Of a stretch of 64,000 bases of DNA, positions 33,391 to 46,242 are shown piece by piece; the stretch's first letter is position 1, and each line of letters begins with the position of its first letter. The translations under genes and the position numbers were made by a program. Source of the stretch: Curvularia clavata (Eukaryota); contig CP089274.1 in assembly GCA_023920165.1 (NCBI GenBank), positions 3,348,001 to 3,412,000 on the forward strand, given 5' to 3'. The notes under the pieces were generated by a model. The model was not told the origin of the DNA, did not search any database, and saw only the letters and a program-made list of their open reading frames with translations.

Positions 33391-35044
33391 GGTGGTGGTG
33401 CACTGGTTGAGACTTTTGCTGAGGCTTTTCTCGGTATAAGAGTCCGATGGCAGGCTGCTGCAGCACCACGTCTTGTTGGCCCTGTATTCGAGGCAGCAGC
33501 AAAGCGTCTTTATCGCACGGGCAGGCGGAGAAAACGGCCGATACGAATCAATCAGCACAAGCTCACGAGGTTCGTCGACGACGGCTGTGAGCGGATTGCA
33601 GTGGTTGAGGATAGATGGGTGGATGAGTGGATGGGAGAAAGGTGGATGTGGGGACGTTGGCTATGAATGACGAGGTGCTTGGGATCCCTTAGTCAAAGCT
33701 CCGCACGCGGCCCGGATGAGAACCAGCCTACACGCTGCGTGGCGGCTGCAGGTGCTCGCTAGCTAGCTAGCATTCACTCGCCTTTTGCAGTCTGCACAAC
33801 ATTCTCTCGTGTGTGTGTGTGTGTGTTTCTCTCCGTCATGGGGGGATTGCGACATGTCGCTGCGACGTCATAGGAAACATTCGGCACAGGCCCGTATCGG
33901 TAACAGTACCATTCCACATACGCGTGCCTCATTTACGGGCAAGCGAACATGCAGGCTCAACCCCGGCCTGGTAGTGACTTGACGGCAACCTTGGCCAGCA
34001 ATAACAGTCTTGTTTACGTCTCTCACAGCCGCCAGGCACATCTAGACCAGGCTAGCCATTAGTGGCGACAGCAGGGCGCCCGTTGTGACTACGGCATAAG
34101 GCTTGGGCCGTGACGGCGAGTAGCTTCCCACGGCATTGTAGTGCCTACTACGTACATTTGCAATGCAACAGTCGTCCGAATCATGCTGGCCATCTCATAC
34201 GGCGCTGGCACCACATGCGTTGCACGATGGCGTAATGACTCACGCCGCCGCATAAGCGCAAAGCGATACTCGACCATGGCCCATGTCGGTCCATTCTGCT
34301 GCACCTAGTAAACTTACTCCTCATTACTTCAGCCCGCTGTCGCCATGAGTCACCAAACGCCCTAGACCTCGCAGGTTGCTCATCCGCACGTCACGTTACA
34401 CCGCGACATGGACGCGCCGGCCATGTCCCAGAAAGTTGCCTAACAAGGCTACGTCTGTCGTGATGGCCGTAGATCCGCCAAGCCGATCCCATCTGTAGAC
34501 TCCGCCCTGTCACGTGGTCCTTGGGGGTGTGTCTCGCTTACAGTACACTACATACACTGACGGCCCTAACCAAACAAACACCATGCATGCGCCATGCTGA
34601 GATATCCCAGGACGATGCGCCGAATCGGAAGTGGAAGACACTGTCGCCTGGCTGCCTGCTTTTGCTCCTGCATCCAGCCATGCTGCCGGCTATCCCCATG
34701 GACGAGTAAAATCGCCCATTTGCGTTCAACACAGCCCAACGCTAGCCGTCGACGCGGCAGGGATGCCACTTGGCACTGCCAGTATTTAATCGTCGGCCTC
34801 CCCGCCAACCTCGCCCGTTACGCCTCACGACCAGCGAGTTCGACAACCAAAGTGTGCCTTGTCTTCACCCACCCGTGTGGATAAGCACGCTTAAGCTCTT
34901 CGAATCCTCTCTCACTTTTCACCCCCGAAAGGTCTGCGAGTTTCGAGAGTTTCCAGAGCTCCCAACTTTCCATGAACGTTGCGTCACACTAACCTGTCCA
35001 CTCTTTACGAGACCCTCGTCGCTCGCTCCGTCGCTCGCTTCAAA

Positions 35045-36002
35045 ATGTTCGGAAAACGCTCTTTCGCTAGCTCGAAGGAGAAGGACCGTTCAGGCAAGAT
35101 CACGAAGCAGCCAAAGAGATCGATGCGCGAAGCATCCAAGCAAAAGGCTATGGCCGAGAAGCTGGATGCCCGCAGGGACAGCCCCATGATGGACGGAGCA
35201 TCCCCACAGCTGACCTCCGCCATCGTCACGGTCGTCGTTGGTTCCGACCAGCGAATGTTCGCTGCCCACGAAGACGTCCTCTGCCACTCTCCGTACTTTG
35301 CTGAACTGCTGCGGAGCCAGTTCTTCGAGTCAACTAACCGCCGCATCGATCTCCCGACAGAAGAGCCTGAAATCTTCAGTTGTATCCTCGAGTATCTGTA
35401 CAAGGGAGACTACTACCCGTGCCTTGTCCACGACAAGCGCCGCCAGACCTGGATGCTCGAAGGTGCAATTGCATCACCCGACCCAAATAAACCTGGCGAC
35501 CGCGCACCCGCTGCTGTCGAGCCAACTCTTTTTCACTCTGGCGTGGGAGACGTCATTCTCCGCGACACAGCCATCTACTGCGCTGCCGATCGTTATGGCC
35601 TTGAAGAGCTCAAGAAGCTCTCCCTGCGCAAGCAGGGCCTGCAGAGCGGGATCGAGGTCGGAACCATCTTGCGCAGTGCGCGCTATGCCTACGAGAACAC
35701 GCCAGACAGCGACTCGCGTCTGCGCGCTCATTACCTCGCTCTGATTATCCGCAGTCGCAAAACCTTTAAGCGTAGTGGAACCATGCAGATGGAGATGGAG
35801 ATGGGAGGAAAGCTGTTCTTTGACTTGTTCGTGGCTATGTGCAATCACGTCGATGATCTTGTGGATGCGAGGTATGCCTTGTGCTTTTCCTCTCTGTCTT
35901 GATACCTTTTGTTTTCGTCTCCGTATGCTTGCGCTGTGATGTCACCTTGTCCACTAACGCTCTCCCAGCGCCTCTGCTCGCGGTACTCCCAGGACCATCT
36001 AA
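35045..36002 (+). CDS. BTB/POZ domain protein; intron 35872-35968
   Basis: IVTVVVGSDQRMFAAHEDVLCHSPYF...IDLPTEEPEIFSCILEYLYKGDY...IYCAADRYGLEELK. Confidence 0.9.
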
Positions 36003-36745
36003 AGGCCTGATTGCACTCTCGCTGCTTCCCGTCATCGTACACGCCCGACAAATGCCACACAACACGGAGTCCCTAATCAAGTTGAACCCCCCGTAACTCC
36101 GCCTCACCTCAAATTGCCGACAAGCGAACCCAAAACGTGAAAATACCAAAAAAAAACATGGAACCGGAGTTGAACGGGTTGATTCCCCCTCTCTTATTCC
36201 CTGCTTTTCCCCGGCGCACTAGTGTTGTTGCATCAGTCATCCTCTCTCCTCTTATGCTACTTTAGTCCCTTTCCGTGGTACTTTGGTCACTCTCATCTCA
36301 TCTCCTCACCCCCAAAAAAAGAAACGGTAATTACCCATCAGACTCCCTATTTTGTTTACGGCATTACGACAACTCAACACTCCCAACTCTCCTCTCCTGC
36401 TTGCGGGAGAGAGTACAATGACGAAACTGCGTTTCTTTCCTTTGTTCTAGGGGGCGAAGTGTCTTGTTGTCTACACGCATGGGGGTTGTAATGGAGAGGA
36501 AGGTTGAAGGAAGTCATTTTCCTTTTCTCGTTCTTTCATTCTTTTTCAAGTAATGCTTGGTACCGTCTCTGCGCTTGAATAGGTCAGACTGCGGAGGAAT
36601 ATCTTAGCGGTGGCAATAATGAGAAATTCGGCCGCCTCTATACTTGTTGTGTTGTCCTGGTTCCAAAACGGTGATGACTGGTCTATCTTTGTTTGCTCCT
36701 TCACTTCCCTGGATCTATACAGCCACAGAAAAGAAACTCCCTCCT

Positions 36746-37729
36746 CTACATTCCCACCTCAAACCTCCCCTCCACCATCCCCCAAAACTCCTCCACAACC
36801 CTCTTCTGTCCCTCTCCCCCTCTCACTGCCAGATACCTCCTCCCCTCGACCTTGGGCTCCCAATTCCCTGGATTCGCATCCACCATAATCCCCCCTGCCT
36901 CCTTGAGAATAACCCATCCGGCACAAACATCCCAAGCCCAGCACCCAGCCTCCCAATAAACATCTAGCCCTCCACTTGCCACACCACAGAGATTCAGGGC
37001 CGCAGACCCAAACGACCGAAGTCCATGCACCATACCCCCTCCTTGCTCCTTGGTCGCCGCTAGCTTCTTGAAGGTTTCGCTCTTGACCTTGAAATCATTC
37101 CCGCTCCTATCACTTCCCCACTCCACGGCTACCAGACACTTGTCCAGCCCCTCGAGCTCCAGCGGCGGACTTACCAGTGGCAGCCTTGTACTCTCGTTCA
37201 GATACGCGCCCTTTCCCTTGATCCCGCTATACAGTGTCTGTGTAAATGGGTTGTATACAACACCAATGGTAGGTTCACGGTCCACGGCCAGACCCAGAGA
37301 GATGCAAATGTATGGGTATCGATGCACAAAGTTTGTGGTCCCGTCAATCGGGTCGCAGATGAATGTGGGGGCGGCGGAGAGTGTGTCGCCGGGAGAATAG
37401 GTTTCTTCGCCCATGAAGGAGAAGGTGGGGTATGCGCTGCGTAGAGACGTGGAGATGAGAGTTTCGACGGCGCGGTCGGTTTCGGTGACGAGGTCGACAG
37501 CTGGAGGGCTGTTAGTTACGCGTTGCTGTTCTTCGGAAGTGAATTAAGATTGTAGGAACAAGTAGGATGTTTATGGAAAGGTGAAGGAGGTTTTTTTTTT
37601 CTGCTACGTACAATTCTTCTTCGAGCCTGACGAGGAAGTTGTCGGTTTTGCGGCTACGATGCGTTCGCCGGCTTGTTTGGCGATGGTGACCATGAAGTCG
37701 TGGATTTCTTGGAGGTTGAGGTCGGCCAT
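36746..37729 (-). CDS. Inositol monophosphatase; one intron ~37501-37610
   Basis: KKN|SVDLVTETD, FMGEE, DPIDGTTNFVH, RSFGSAALNLC and WAWDVCAG. Confidence 0.93.
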
Positions 37730-38393
37730 CTTGTTGGGACTTGCTCGGAGGCTTGGAGGGTAAGAAAGGACGTGTTGGAGCTTAGCAAGCTGGGTACTGT
37801 AGATATGAATCCTCAATGTGAATCGGTAGCTAGAGGGCGTAGCTATTGCCCATGCTAGCTACTTACCCCTCGGTGGGGCAGTAACGCGGGATGAGCTCAT
37901 GCAAGGATCCACATGTTGAACCACGTGGGGGAACGGCCATTGTCAAACGGTATTATGTGCAGTCGATGTTTTCTTTTTCCAGTTGAATAGAATTAATTTC
38001 AGGGGGTGGGATATTACACAACCATCTGTAGGGTGAGCCATAATTATCCTAATGTGACGTGCTACACAGTAGCACTAATCGAAAATATCAAGCAATGGGC
38101 TGCGCTAAATCATCTACCAGTCCAGTCTTTCCCAATCAAATATATCTCACCCTAAAGTATTGTACGTGTAACGGATGTATATCTAAATTATTCTAGTAAT
38201 ATCTGACTCCATATGCTATTGTCTCAAACGACTAGTCGATCATTCGAAAGAGCTACATAGGAGAAATTATCAGACAGCGAATTCGAGTAGTAACAGAGGC
38301 TTTGCAACTTTGCTCATTTACTAAACATTGTTTAATTAGAAACTAGCTTCGCAACTATTGCTTGATCAAACTATCTAGACCAGCTAACGAACT

Positions 38394-40054
38394 TCAAACC
38401 TTCGTCTCAACTGTAACATCGCCAACTTTCTTCTCTTCTCGGTCCATCTCCTCAGCTATTACATCAGCAGGGATACGGTCTGGTGTCTGGTTGACCAGGA
38501 TAAGCATTGGGCCGAATGCCAATGCCATCAAACCAAATGTAACGCAGAAGCCAATCATTGGGGATGTCTTAATTTGAGTGTTCATGCCGTACGAGATGGC
38601 CTGACCAACGGCTTCAAGGGCGCGGAATGCAGCTCCATTGCGAACGTTGGCTGTCAAAGGTTAGTTTCAAATATCACAAACACAAAGTGGGTATGACAAA
38701 CCTTGAGCATCAGTCGCAAATGAAGAGAGCAACCAGTACATGTAAGACTGCGACAACGGACCAGTCGTCTGAACGAAGAAATATGGGAGGAAAGTTCGCG
38801 CATAACTTGAATCATCCCAGTCAATCTTGCCAGGGTTGTTGCTGTTGAATTCGGCTTGAATGATGATCGACCAGATGTAAACGCCGAGGTTCAGGAGAAC
38901 AACCGTCAGGAGACCCAGTTGAGCTCGACGGCGCTGGCTGACGCCTTTCAAGTCGAGAATAAAGCCCAGACCGAAGCATCCGACGATACAGAAGAAGGGC
39001 GAGATTAACGAGGATAGAGCACGCGCACGAACACTAAAGTACGTTGCAAGGTAAGTGGACCAGGTACCACTGATCTTTCGTTAGCAAATTGTAGCTCTAA
39101 AGAGTGAGCAATCTTGACTAACCTGTAGAAGAAGGACCAGATTGCCCAAAGAGCTGAGAGAATAATGAGCTTGGAAGTCATGGTGACCTTGATTTGCTTG
39201 AGCTCCTTCAAAGTGCCAATCTTCTCAGAAACGAGAATCCGAGTTCCATCTGAACGAACTACTCTTTCAAGGGGCGAGATGAGGAAAGCGAACGGCAGTG
39301 CCATGCACTCAATGATGAGGAAGGCGATGTAGGTATCTGGTGTCACGCCCCCAACGACACCCTTCTGATGATTCTTGGAAAGGCTAAAGAAACATTAGTT
39401 TCAGTTTTGGAAGTTTGCAACTGGAATGACTTACTTGATCGCACCGCCCACCAATTGTCCCAGGTTACGGGCAACGATCCAAAGAGCCAAGTACTTGCCA
39501 CGGGACCCCGCTGGTGCAAGAGACATAATCGTACCCGACTCAGCCACGTACCACGTCGCTGACCCAATGCCCGTGAAAAAGCTGCCCAATATGAGATACC
39601 ACTGATTGCCAAACTTGGAGTTGCAGTAGTATGAGGAGCCCCGGATAGGAAACGAGCAAGCGCCGATAACGAGAGCCCATTTCGTGCCGAGCTTGTTGAC
39701 GATGATACCACCCAAGGCACAGCAGATTGCAAGCATGGTGTAGTTGATAGCCGTTGCAATGTTGGAGGTTTGAGGAGTAGCAAGACCACCTCCACCAAGG
39801 CCAGCAATGGCGTCAGCCATGGCAGGACCACAAAAGGCTTGAACACTCAGCAAAAGCATCTGCGTCAAGCTGTTTTGCCAGATCCTCTTCCACAGTGGCA
39901 CAGTCCGCTCATATTCTTCTTGATTGATCCTCTCGTCTGCGACTTGGTATGTCGAGGGTAGGGGAGCGCTCCATGGATCATTGCCTTTGGTACGCAGGGC
40001 ATCATCGTCGCCACCAGCGTGGGTATTGGGAGGAGCAGCGTCGAACTTGGACAT
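38394..40054 (-). CDS. MFS transporter, UNC-93-like, four exons
   Basis: AFCGPAMADAIAGLGGGG, WYVAESGTIMSLAPAGSRGKYLALW and multiple TM helices across spliced exons. Confidence 0.85.
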
Positions 40055-41035
40055 ATTGGGCGGTTTCCGCAACGATTACTAGAGTGAAAAGCAGTCAAAG
40101 AACAGATGGAAGATCGAGCTCTAAGCTGACTATCCTGGCGAAGTCTCACGCGACTCTTTATACACAACCTTCCTACCGCAACGTCTCCCATGCTCGCCTA
40201 TCCTACTATCTGATATCCCGGCTTATCTGTGGATCCCGGGGCTAAATTACCCCAACCCGGGGTAGAACGAGACGTTCTATCCAGCTGATAGGTATTGTGG
40301 AGTCCCTAGTTTCGGTGGCATACGAAATGCCGATGGCAACGACTGTTTTGGAGATCACATTCACTAGGCCCAATGTGGAAATGCGAACAGTCGGGAAATG
40401 TGGAGGCAAAAGCTAAGGCAGACAAGGCAAGGGGATGTCGGCGCTAGAGACCGCGGACGAGGCTTGCAAGGCTTGGTCGTCGGCCCTTTGCGGTTGAAGG
40501 ATATGCGCGAGTCAGCCATGGCATTGCTCCGCGGATGGCTTGCTGTGTCAACAGGATATCGGCATGGCTGGTATCGGATCAGATACAAGATAGACCCAGA
40601 TTTCTGTTATCAGGGCGCTCCGATATCGACAATGCAAAGACATGTTGAGTGTTCCATCTTAGGAAACACGGCAGCCCCTCTTCAATTGACGCTGTGCTGA
40701 CGTCCAATAGCCTAACTTCATTGGGGCATTATAACAGTCGGGATCACCAAGCGAGAACCAGGCGCCGTCTCGTGGCCGAGCGTCAACCCCAGTCGGCGGT
40801 ACATGGAGCGGAAGGCTTCAATTACTCAATCAAAACTTGTTGGAGTTCGCAATTCAGCGGGGAGTATGCCTCGCCATCGTACCATTAAGCTGGTGGCGTG
40901 TGCAGACTTCATTGATACTTAACCGGCGGGCATTGAGCCTGACCCGTTGTGGATTGCTTCTGATCACGACTTGCGCCTCTGTTCAGCAGAACCTCAGCCA
41001 TCCGAGAATCTGACAAGACGTCCTCGTCATTCGCC

Positions 41036-42512
41036 ATGGCGCCCTCGAGAGCAAACACGTCTGTTATCGTCGTCGGTGGCGGCGGTACTATTGGCTCCTC
41101 CACAGCTCTTCATCTAGTCCGTTCAGGCTACACACCATCCAACATCACCGTCCTTGACACATACCCTATCCCGTCAGCGCAATCAGCTGGAAATGATCTA
41201 AACAAGATCATGGGTATCCGTTTGCGGAACAAGGTTGATCTTCAATTGAGTCTAGAGGCGAGGCAAATGTGGAGAGAGGATGATCTGTTCAAAGAGTATT
41301 TCCACAATACTGGTCGGGTATGTACAGTCGGTAAGGTGGTTGTTGGAGGCTAGGACTAACGAAAGATCAGCTCGATTGCGCGCATGGAGAAGCGGGACTT
41401 GCAGATTTGAAGCAAGCATACCAGTCTCTGCTCGACGCCAATGCGGGCCTTGAAGAAACAACTGAATGGCTTGACTCGGAAGAAGAAATCTTGAAGAAAA
41501 TGCCCCTTCTGGACCGCGAGCAGATCAAAGGCTGGAAAGCAGTCTATAGTCAAGATGGCGGCTGGCTGGCTGCAGTAAAGGCCATAAACGCCATAGGCGA
41601 GTACCTGCGAGATCAAGGAGTCAAGTTTGGTTTTGGTGGTGCTGGATCGTTTAAGCAACCTCTTTTGGCCGAGGGAGTATGCGTTGGTGTAGAGACGGTC
41701 GATGGGACGAGGTACTACGCTGACAAGGTCGTGCTTGCAGCTGGTGCTTGGAGTCCTGTGTTGGTCGATCTTGAAGAGCAATGCGTTTCAAAAGTAGGTC
41801 TTTACGAAAACAATGCTTTGAGCTGAGATCTAACCTTACTAGGCCTGGGTATACGCTCACATACAGCTTACACCCGAGGAAGCAGCAGAGTACAAGAACG
41901 TACCTGTGGTGTACAATGGCGACGTCGGCTTCTTCTTCGAGCCCGATGAGCACGGCGTCATCAAGGTTTGTGACGAATTTCCAGGTTTTACACGCTTCAA
42001 GCAACATCAGCCATACGGCGCCAAAGCACCAAAACGCATCTCTGTGCCCAGATCAGCAGCGAAGCACCCTACAGACACTTACCCTGATGCATCTGAGAAG
42101 AGTATCCGTAAGGCTATTGCGACATTCCTGCCCAAGTTCACTCAGAAAGAGCTGTTCAACAGGCATCTGTGTTGGTGCACTGACACTGCAGACGCTGCAC
42201 TATTGATGTGTGAGCATCCCGAGTGGAAGAACTTTGTCCTTGCGACAGGGGATAGCGGGTATGTACCTTATCTTTCCGTTTCAGAACATATATTGACCAG
42301 AGCTGTGCAGTCACACATTCAAACTTTTGCCAAATATCGGTAAGCATGTGGTTGAGCTTCTCGAGGGTACACTGGCGGACGATCTGGCACATGCATGGAG
42401 GTGGCGGCCTGGTACTGGCGATGCACTAAAGTCGAGAAGAGCGGCGCCGGCCAAGGACCTAGCAGATATGCCTGGCTGGAAGCACGATGAGGCTGTGAAA
42501 TCCAAATTGTAA
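41036..42512 (+). CDS. Fructosyl amino acid/peptide oxidase (amadoriase, FAOX/FPOX), four exons, C-terminal SKL
   Basis: VIVVGGGGTIGSSTALHL, SAQSAGNDLNKI, GVIKVCDEFPG, FAD-linking HLCWCTDT, ATGDSGHTFKLLPNIG and WRWRPG. Introns ~41318-41370, ~41794-41841 and ~42259-42310. From memory, near-identical to the Curvularia clavata enzyme. Confidence 0.95.
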
Positions 42513-43183
42513 TGACCGACTTTCTTGTAGCGTGTTAAAAAATTAATCAAGTTTCTATCCTAATCAATAGCGACCAGAGTTTTCTAGTTTCTGGTAGTTG
42601 CTACTCGCGAATCCTAGCTGTGGTACAATTTTTCTATTTCTCGCCATAGTCATTATTTCTACTATTTGTACTTCAACATCATTAGTCAGAGATCAAGGGG
42701 CCGAGTGTCTGGTTTCTGGCTTTGCGTTTGCGACAGGTTGTTGGGAGAAGGCCATTCAATTTTGCTAAAAACACACTATCTACACAATCTATGTAGTCTT
42801 TTCGACATGTCTAGTCAAACTACTTAGAAGTACAGTAACAAGAACCACTAATGTTCAGTACTTCATGTATGTTTTGGGTAGGAAACCTAGCAACAATACC
42901 ACATTCATGAGCGATGAAACCAAACACTATCTTCACGAATATCCCCTCGGGGCCGCACACAGGAAATCAGTAATTCAAGTGTCCGGAAAAACCCTTGATT
43001 GCTGTAGCCTCTACTAGCTAGACTCCATGTTCAAAAAGACACAAAAGCGATAGAAAAAAAGACAAACTGATAAATGTCTCCTCCTCAGCCTCGAAAGGCC
43101 GCTTCATCGGATTTCGAATTCACGACAATAGAAATATACCACTCCAACACCATCGTCTCACATCTTGCTCCCTCCAACTATAC

Positions 43184-43962
43184 TTATGCATCGGGGCTTG
43201 CGCCGTCAGAAGGCGACGGCCGACGTAGGTCCTGCTCTTGCAGTTCAGAGCGCCGTTCGTTCTGTCTGTCGGTACCTTCCTGGTTCGATGCGCTTCCTCC
43301 CTCGGAGTGTTCCGAACTCACTGGACCGGTATCTGATGGCTCAGGAGGATTCGGGTCTGTCAAACCAGTCTCAGGTGCGCTTGTAGTTGCTTCGGGCTGA
43401 GTTGCTTCGGGTAGAGTCCCGTCATATGGAGGAGGTGGATCGACGCGAGGGTCTCGTATATCCGTGATATCTGTGAGGACTCGGTTGAGATGCTGTACTG
43501 CCTGCCTCCTTTGCTTATAGATACTCCACAATGCTCTCAAGGAGGCTAGTCGCCATGGAAGTCTGACGGCGTAGAGGAAGAAAGCACGAAGTCTCTCCTA
43601 GGATCCTCTGTGTTTCACCGCTTCACGCTCTGGTGAATGGGACCATAATGCCCAGATACACATGGAACGGGCTCCGGCGAGCACTAAAAAAGCCCAGAGC
43701 CCAGCGTGCACCCATGTTGATGTTGGCTCTTCTTGCCTTTGTTGGCCCGAGGGTTGCTGGTATGTGCCCTGGGTTCGTTGTAGTTGTCGTTTCCCCGTTT
43801 CGAAGCACATCTCGTCTGGTTGCAGGTGAAGTGGCTGAATCGGGAATGCCTGCATTGCTGGGAATTGGAACAGGGTTGTAGACGTAACAATGGGAGTTGT
43901 TGGGCGTGGTGATAGTGATGGGATGAATATGAGTCCAAAAGCGATGAGCGGATGAGCGGCAT
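43184..43962 (-). pseudogene. Disrupted gene for a putative membrane protein with a PPPY motif
   Basis: ORFs 43598-43855 and 43184-43540 are in the same frame, split by one TAG. An 8-nt tandem duplication directly follows ATG 43962. Hydrophobic segment, DPPPPY and acidic tail. Confidence 0.55.
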
Positions 43963-44156
43963 TTAAAGCTCAGAGGCCAGACAACTGGTTGTTCATCCTT
44001 CTTCCCGATTGGATAGAACCATGCTTTCCTTGCATTTCCTAGACGCGGGTGTGCCTTCTCTACCACCACTGGTCAGACCGGAGAATGGCGACCTACTTTG
44101 GAAGTGACGGTGGTTGTCACAGTCATTTATTGTTTACTGTGTTTAACACTTGCAAC

Positions 44157-44514
44157 ATGACTCTTAACCTAACGGTAGTTTTCACAATTATTTATTATTC
44201 TACTGTATCAACAGCTTGTCTTCGTAGACACGTGGGTAAGCTCGGTCACGATTTACTCTTTCCGTCCAGCACACCTGTTGGTGGCACTACGCCCCTGCGA
44301 CAAATACCGGGATCACTCGCCTTCGTGCTCTGAAATGTCTGATCCCTGCTGTTGTTATCGCTACTACTATCTCCTCCAGTGCTGTCGCTCTTTGCTGTTG
44401 CTGTCTCCGTTCCACTCTTCTTCTCTACGAGCATTGTGGGAGACCTACCATCAGAGGCGGGCACAACAGGACACCAACATAATACTCGAAGACGTCGCGC
44501 TTGGGGCGTCATGA
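44157..44514 (+). pseudogene. Disrupted paralog of the 43.2-43.9 kb gene
   Basis: SLRALWETYHQRRAQQDTNIILEDV matches SLRALWSIYKQRRQAVQHLNRVLTDI. Has in-frame TGAs and a frameshift. Confidence 0.5.
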
Positions 44515-45261
44515 TCACAACCCTCCAGTTCGCTTCGACCACCCCGTAGCTTAGTGGAAAGACACTTACTATGGGTTCAAAGTAGACACAAAGCCACCAC
44601 GGGAGACATACATGGGTACCTGTGAGACACATAAACCTATATCCATCATCTCAAAACGGAGGGCCCAATGCCCCTAGGCGTGGACCAGATGGCCTCTTGG
44701 TCAGGTGGAGGTCCTTTGGTTCCAGTAGATAATTCCAATACCGACTGTACTATGCGCCTGAAGATACTGGATGAGAGCTTTGACTCTGAGTTGAGTGCTC
44801 TTTCCCTTTAGTTCAATGCGAAGACTCATGACTTGAGCACATCCAAACGCCTGTGGCAGACACTCCCAGTGAGGACTCTCTCAGCGATCCACCAAGCCCG
44901 CCTTCAATTGAGGAAGAAGAGCAGGATATGCCCTCTACCACGCTCTACGAGGGTCAGACTGCACTGAAACTCCAAATAGTCAAGGAAAATCACTTCAGAT
45001 ACCATTCAAGTACTCTGACTTGCATAATCCTGCTCAGCTAGATGGTGTACCGATGTACAGGAACGAGCCGGGGACGAGTAAGTCGGAACACGCTAGTGTG
45101 GGGAACCTCGGCATGTCCCAAGTAATGATGCCGGGGCGCGGTTGAGCTACTCCGCATTTCAAGATGGCGACCATAAACTCTCACAATTCCTCTATCCCGA
45201 GGGATCCAACTTTCCAATATTATCGGCTTGTATTAAGTTGTGCTATTGTACTGTTGCAGAC

Positions 45262-46242
45262 ATGTCATCCTCCAAGCGCGTAGAGCAGATTGCTGGCCAT
45301 CTTAACTACCCCAAGGGCATGTTGGCTGGCCAGACTGCCATCATTACTGGATCTGGGCAAGGAATTGGCGCCGAGGCAGCGAAACTATTTGCAAAGGAGG
45401 GCGCAAAGGTTGTTGTCGCTGACGTAGATGCCAGTAAGTCAACCGGGCGCATATCGAACATTGCAGCATACTGACATACACGCAGAGAAGGCCGAAGCCG
45501 TAGCATCTGAGATCAACTCATTTGGCGGCAGCGCAATCGCAGTAGCAGGCGATGTGCTCGACGACGCCTACATCAAGACGCTCATCGCCAAGGCAGCCGA
45601 GTTTGGCGGCGGCAAGATTCACATCATTGTCAACAATGCCGGTTACACATGGGACGGAGTTATCCACAAGATGACGGACAAGCAATGGCACACCATTGTC
45701 GACCTGCACGGTACAGCGCCATTCAAGATTGTCCGCGCAGCAGCGCCATACTTCCGCGTCAAGGACGGCGAGCCTAGGAACATTATCAACATCTCGAGCA
45801 CAAGCGGCGTACACGGAAACGCAGGACAGATCAACTATGCTCTGGCCAAGGCAGGCGTACAGGGCATGACCAAGACCATTGCCAAAGAGTGTGTCCCTCT
45901 CCTGTCCCCTTATCTTCGCCAACAGTCTAACACATATCTAGGTGGGGTCCTCAGTTCGGCGTGCGCGCAAATACGGTCGCTTTCGGGCACATCCAGACGC
46001 GATTGACGCAAGCCAAGGAGGCAGGCGCTTTCGTTACAACTCCGGACGGAGAAAAAGTAGCGCTGGGCATACCACAGGCGCAAAAGGCTGCTGTTCCAGA
46101 GAGTCAACAGCACGCGGATATCCCGCTGCGAAGACCAGGAACGGCCAAGGAGGCGGCGAGTGCTGTGTTGGCTGTTGCTAGCCCGCTGTTCAGTTATGTC
46201 AATGGAGAGACCATCAAGGTCACGGGAGGCCGGAATATGTAG
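45262..46242 (+). CDS. Short-chain dehydrogenase/reductase (FabG/3-oxoacyl reductase-like) with PTS2, three exons
   Basis: TGSGQGIG, NNAG, NISS and catalytic YALAK. N-terminal RVEQIAGHL fits PTS2. Confidence 0.9.

Noticed and set aside
34972..34992. Six-codon uORF before the BTB gene
   Set aside because: May lie within a 5' UTR intron (CACTAAC overlaps it); too little evidence.
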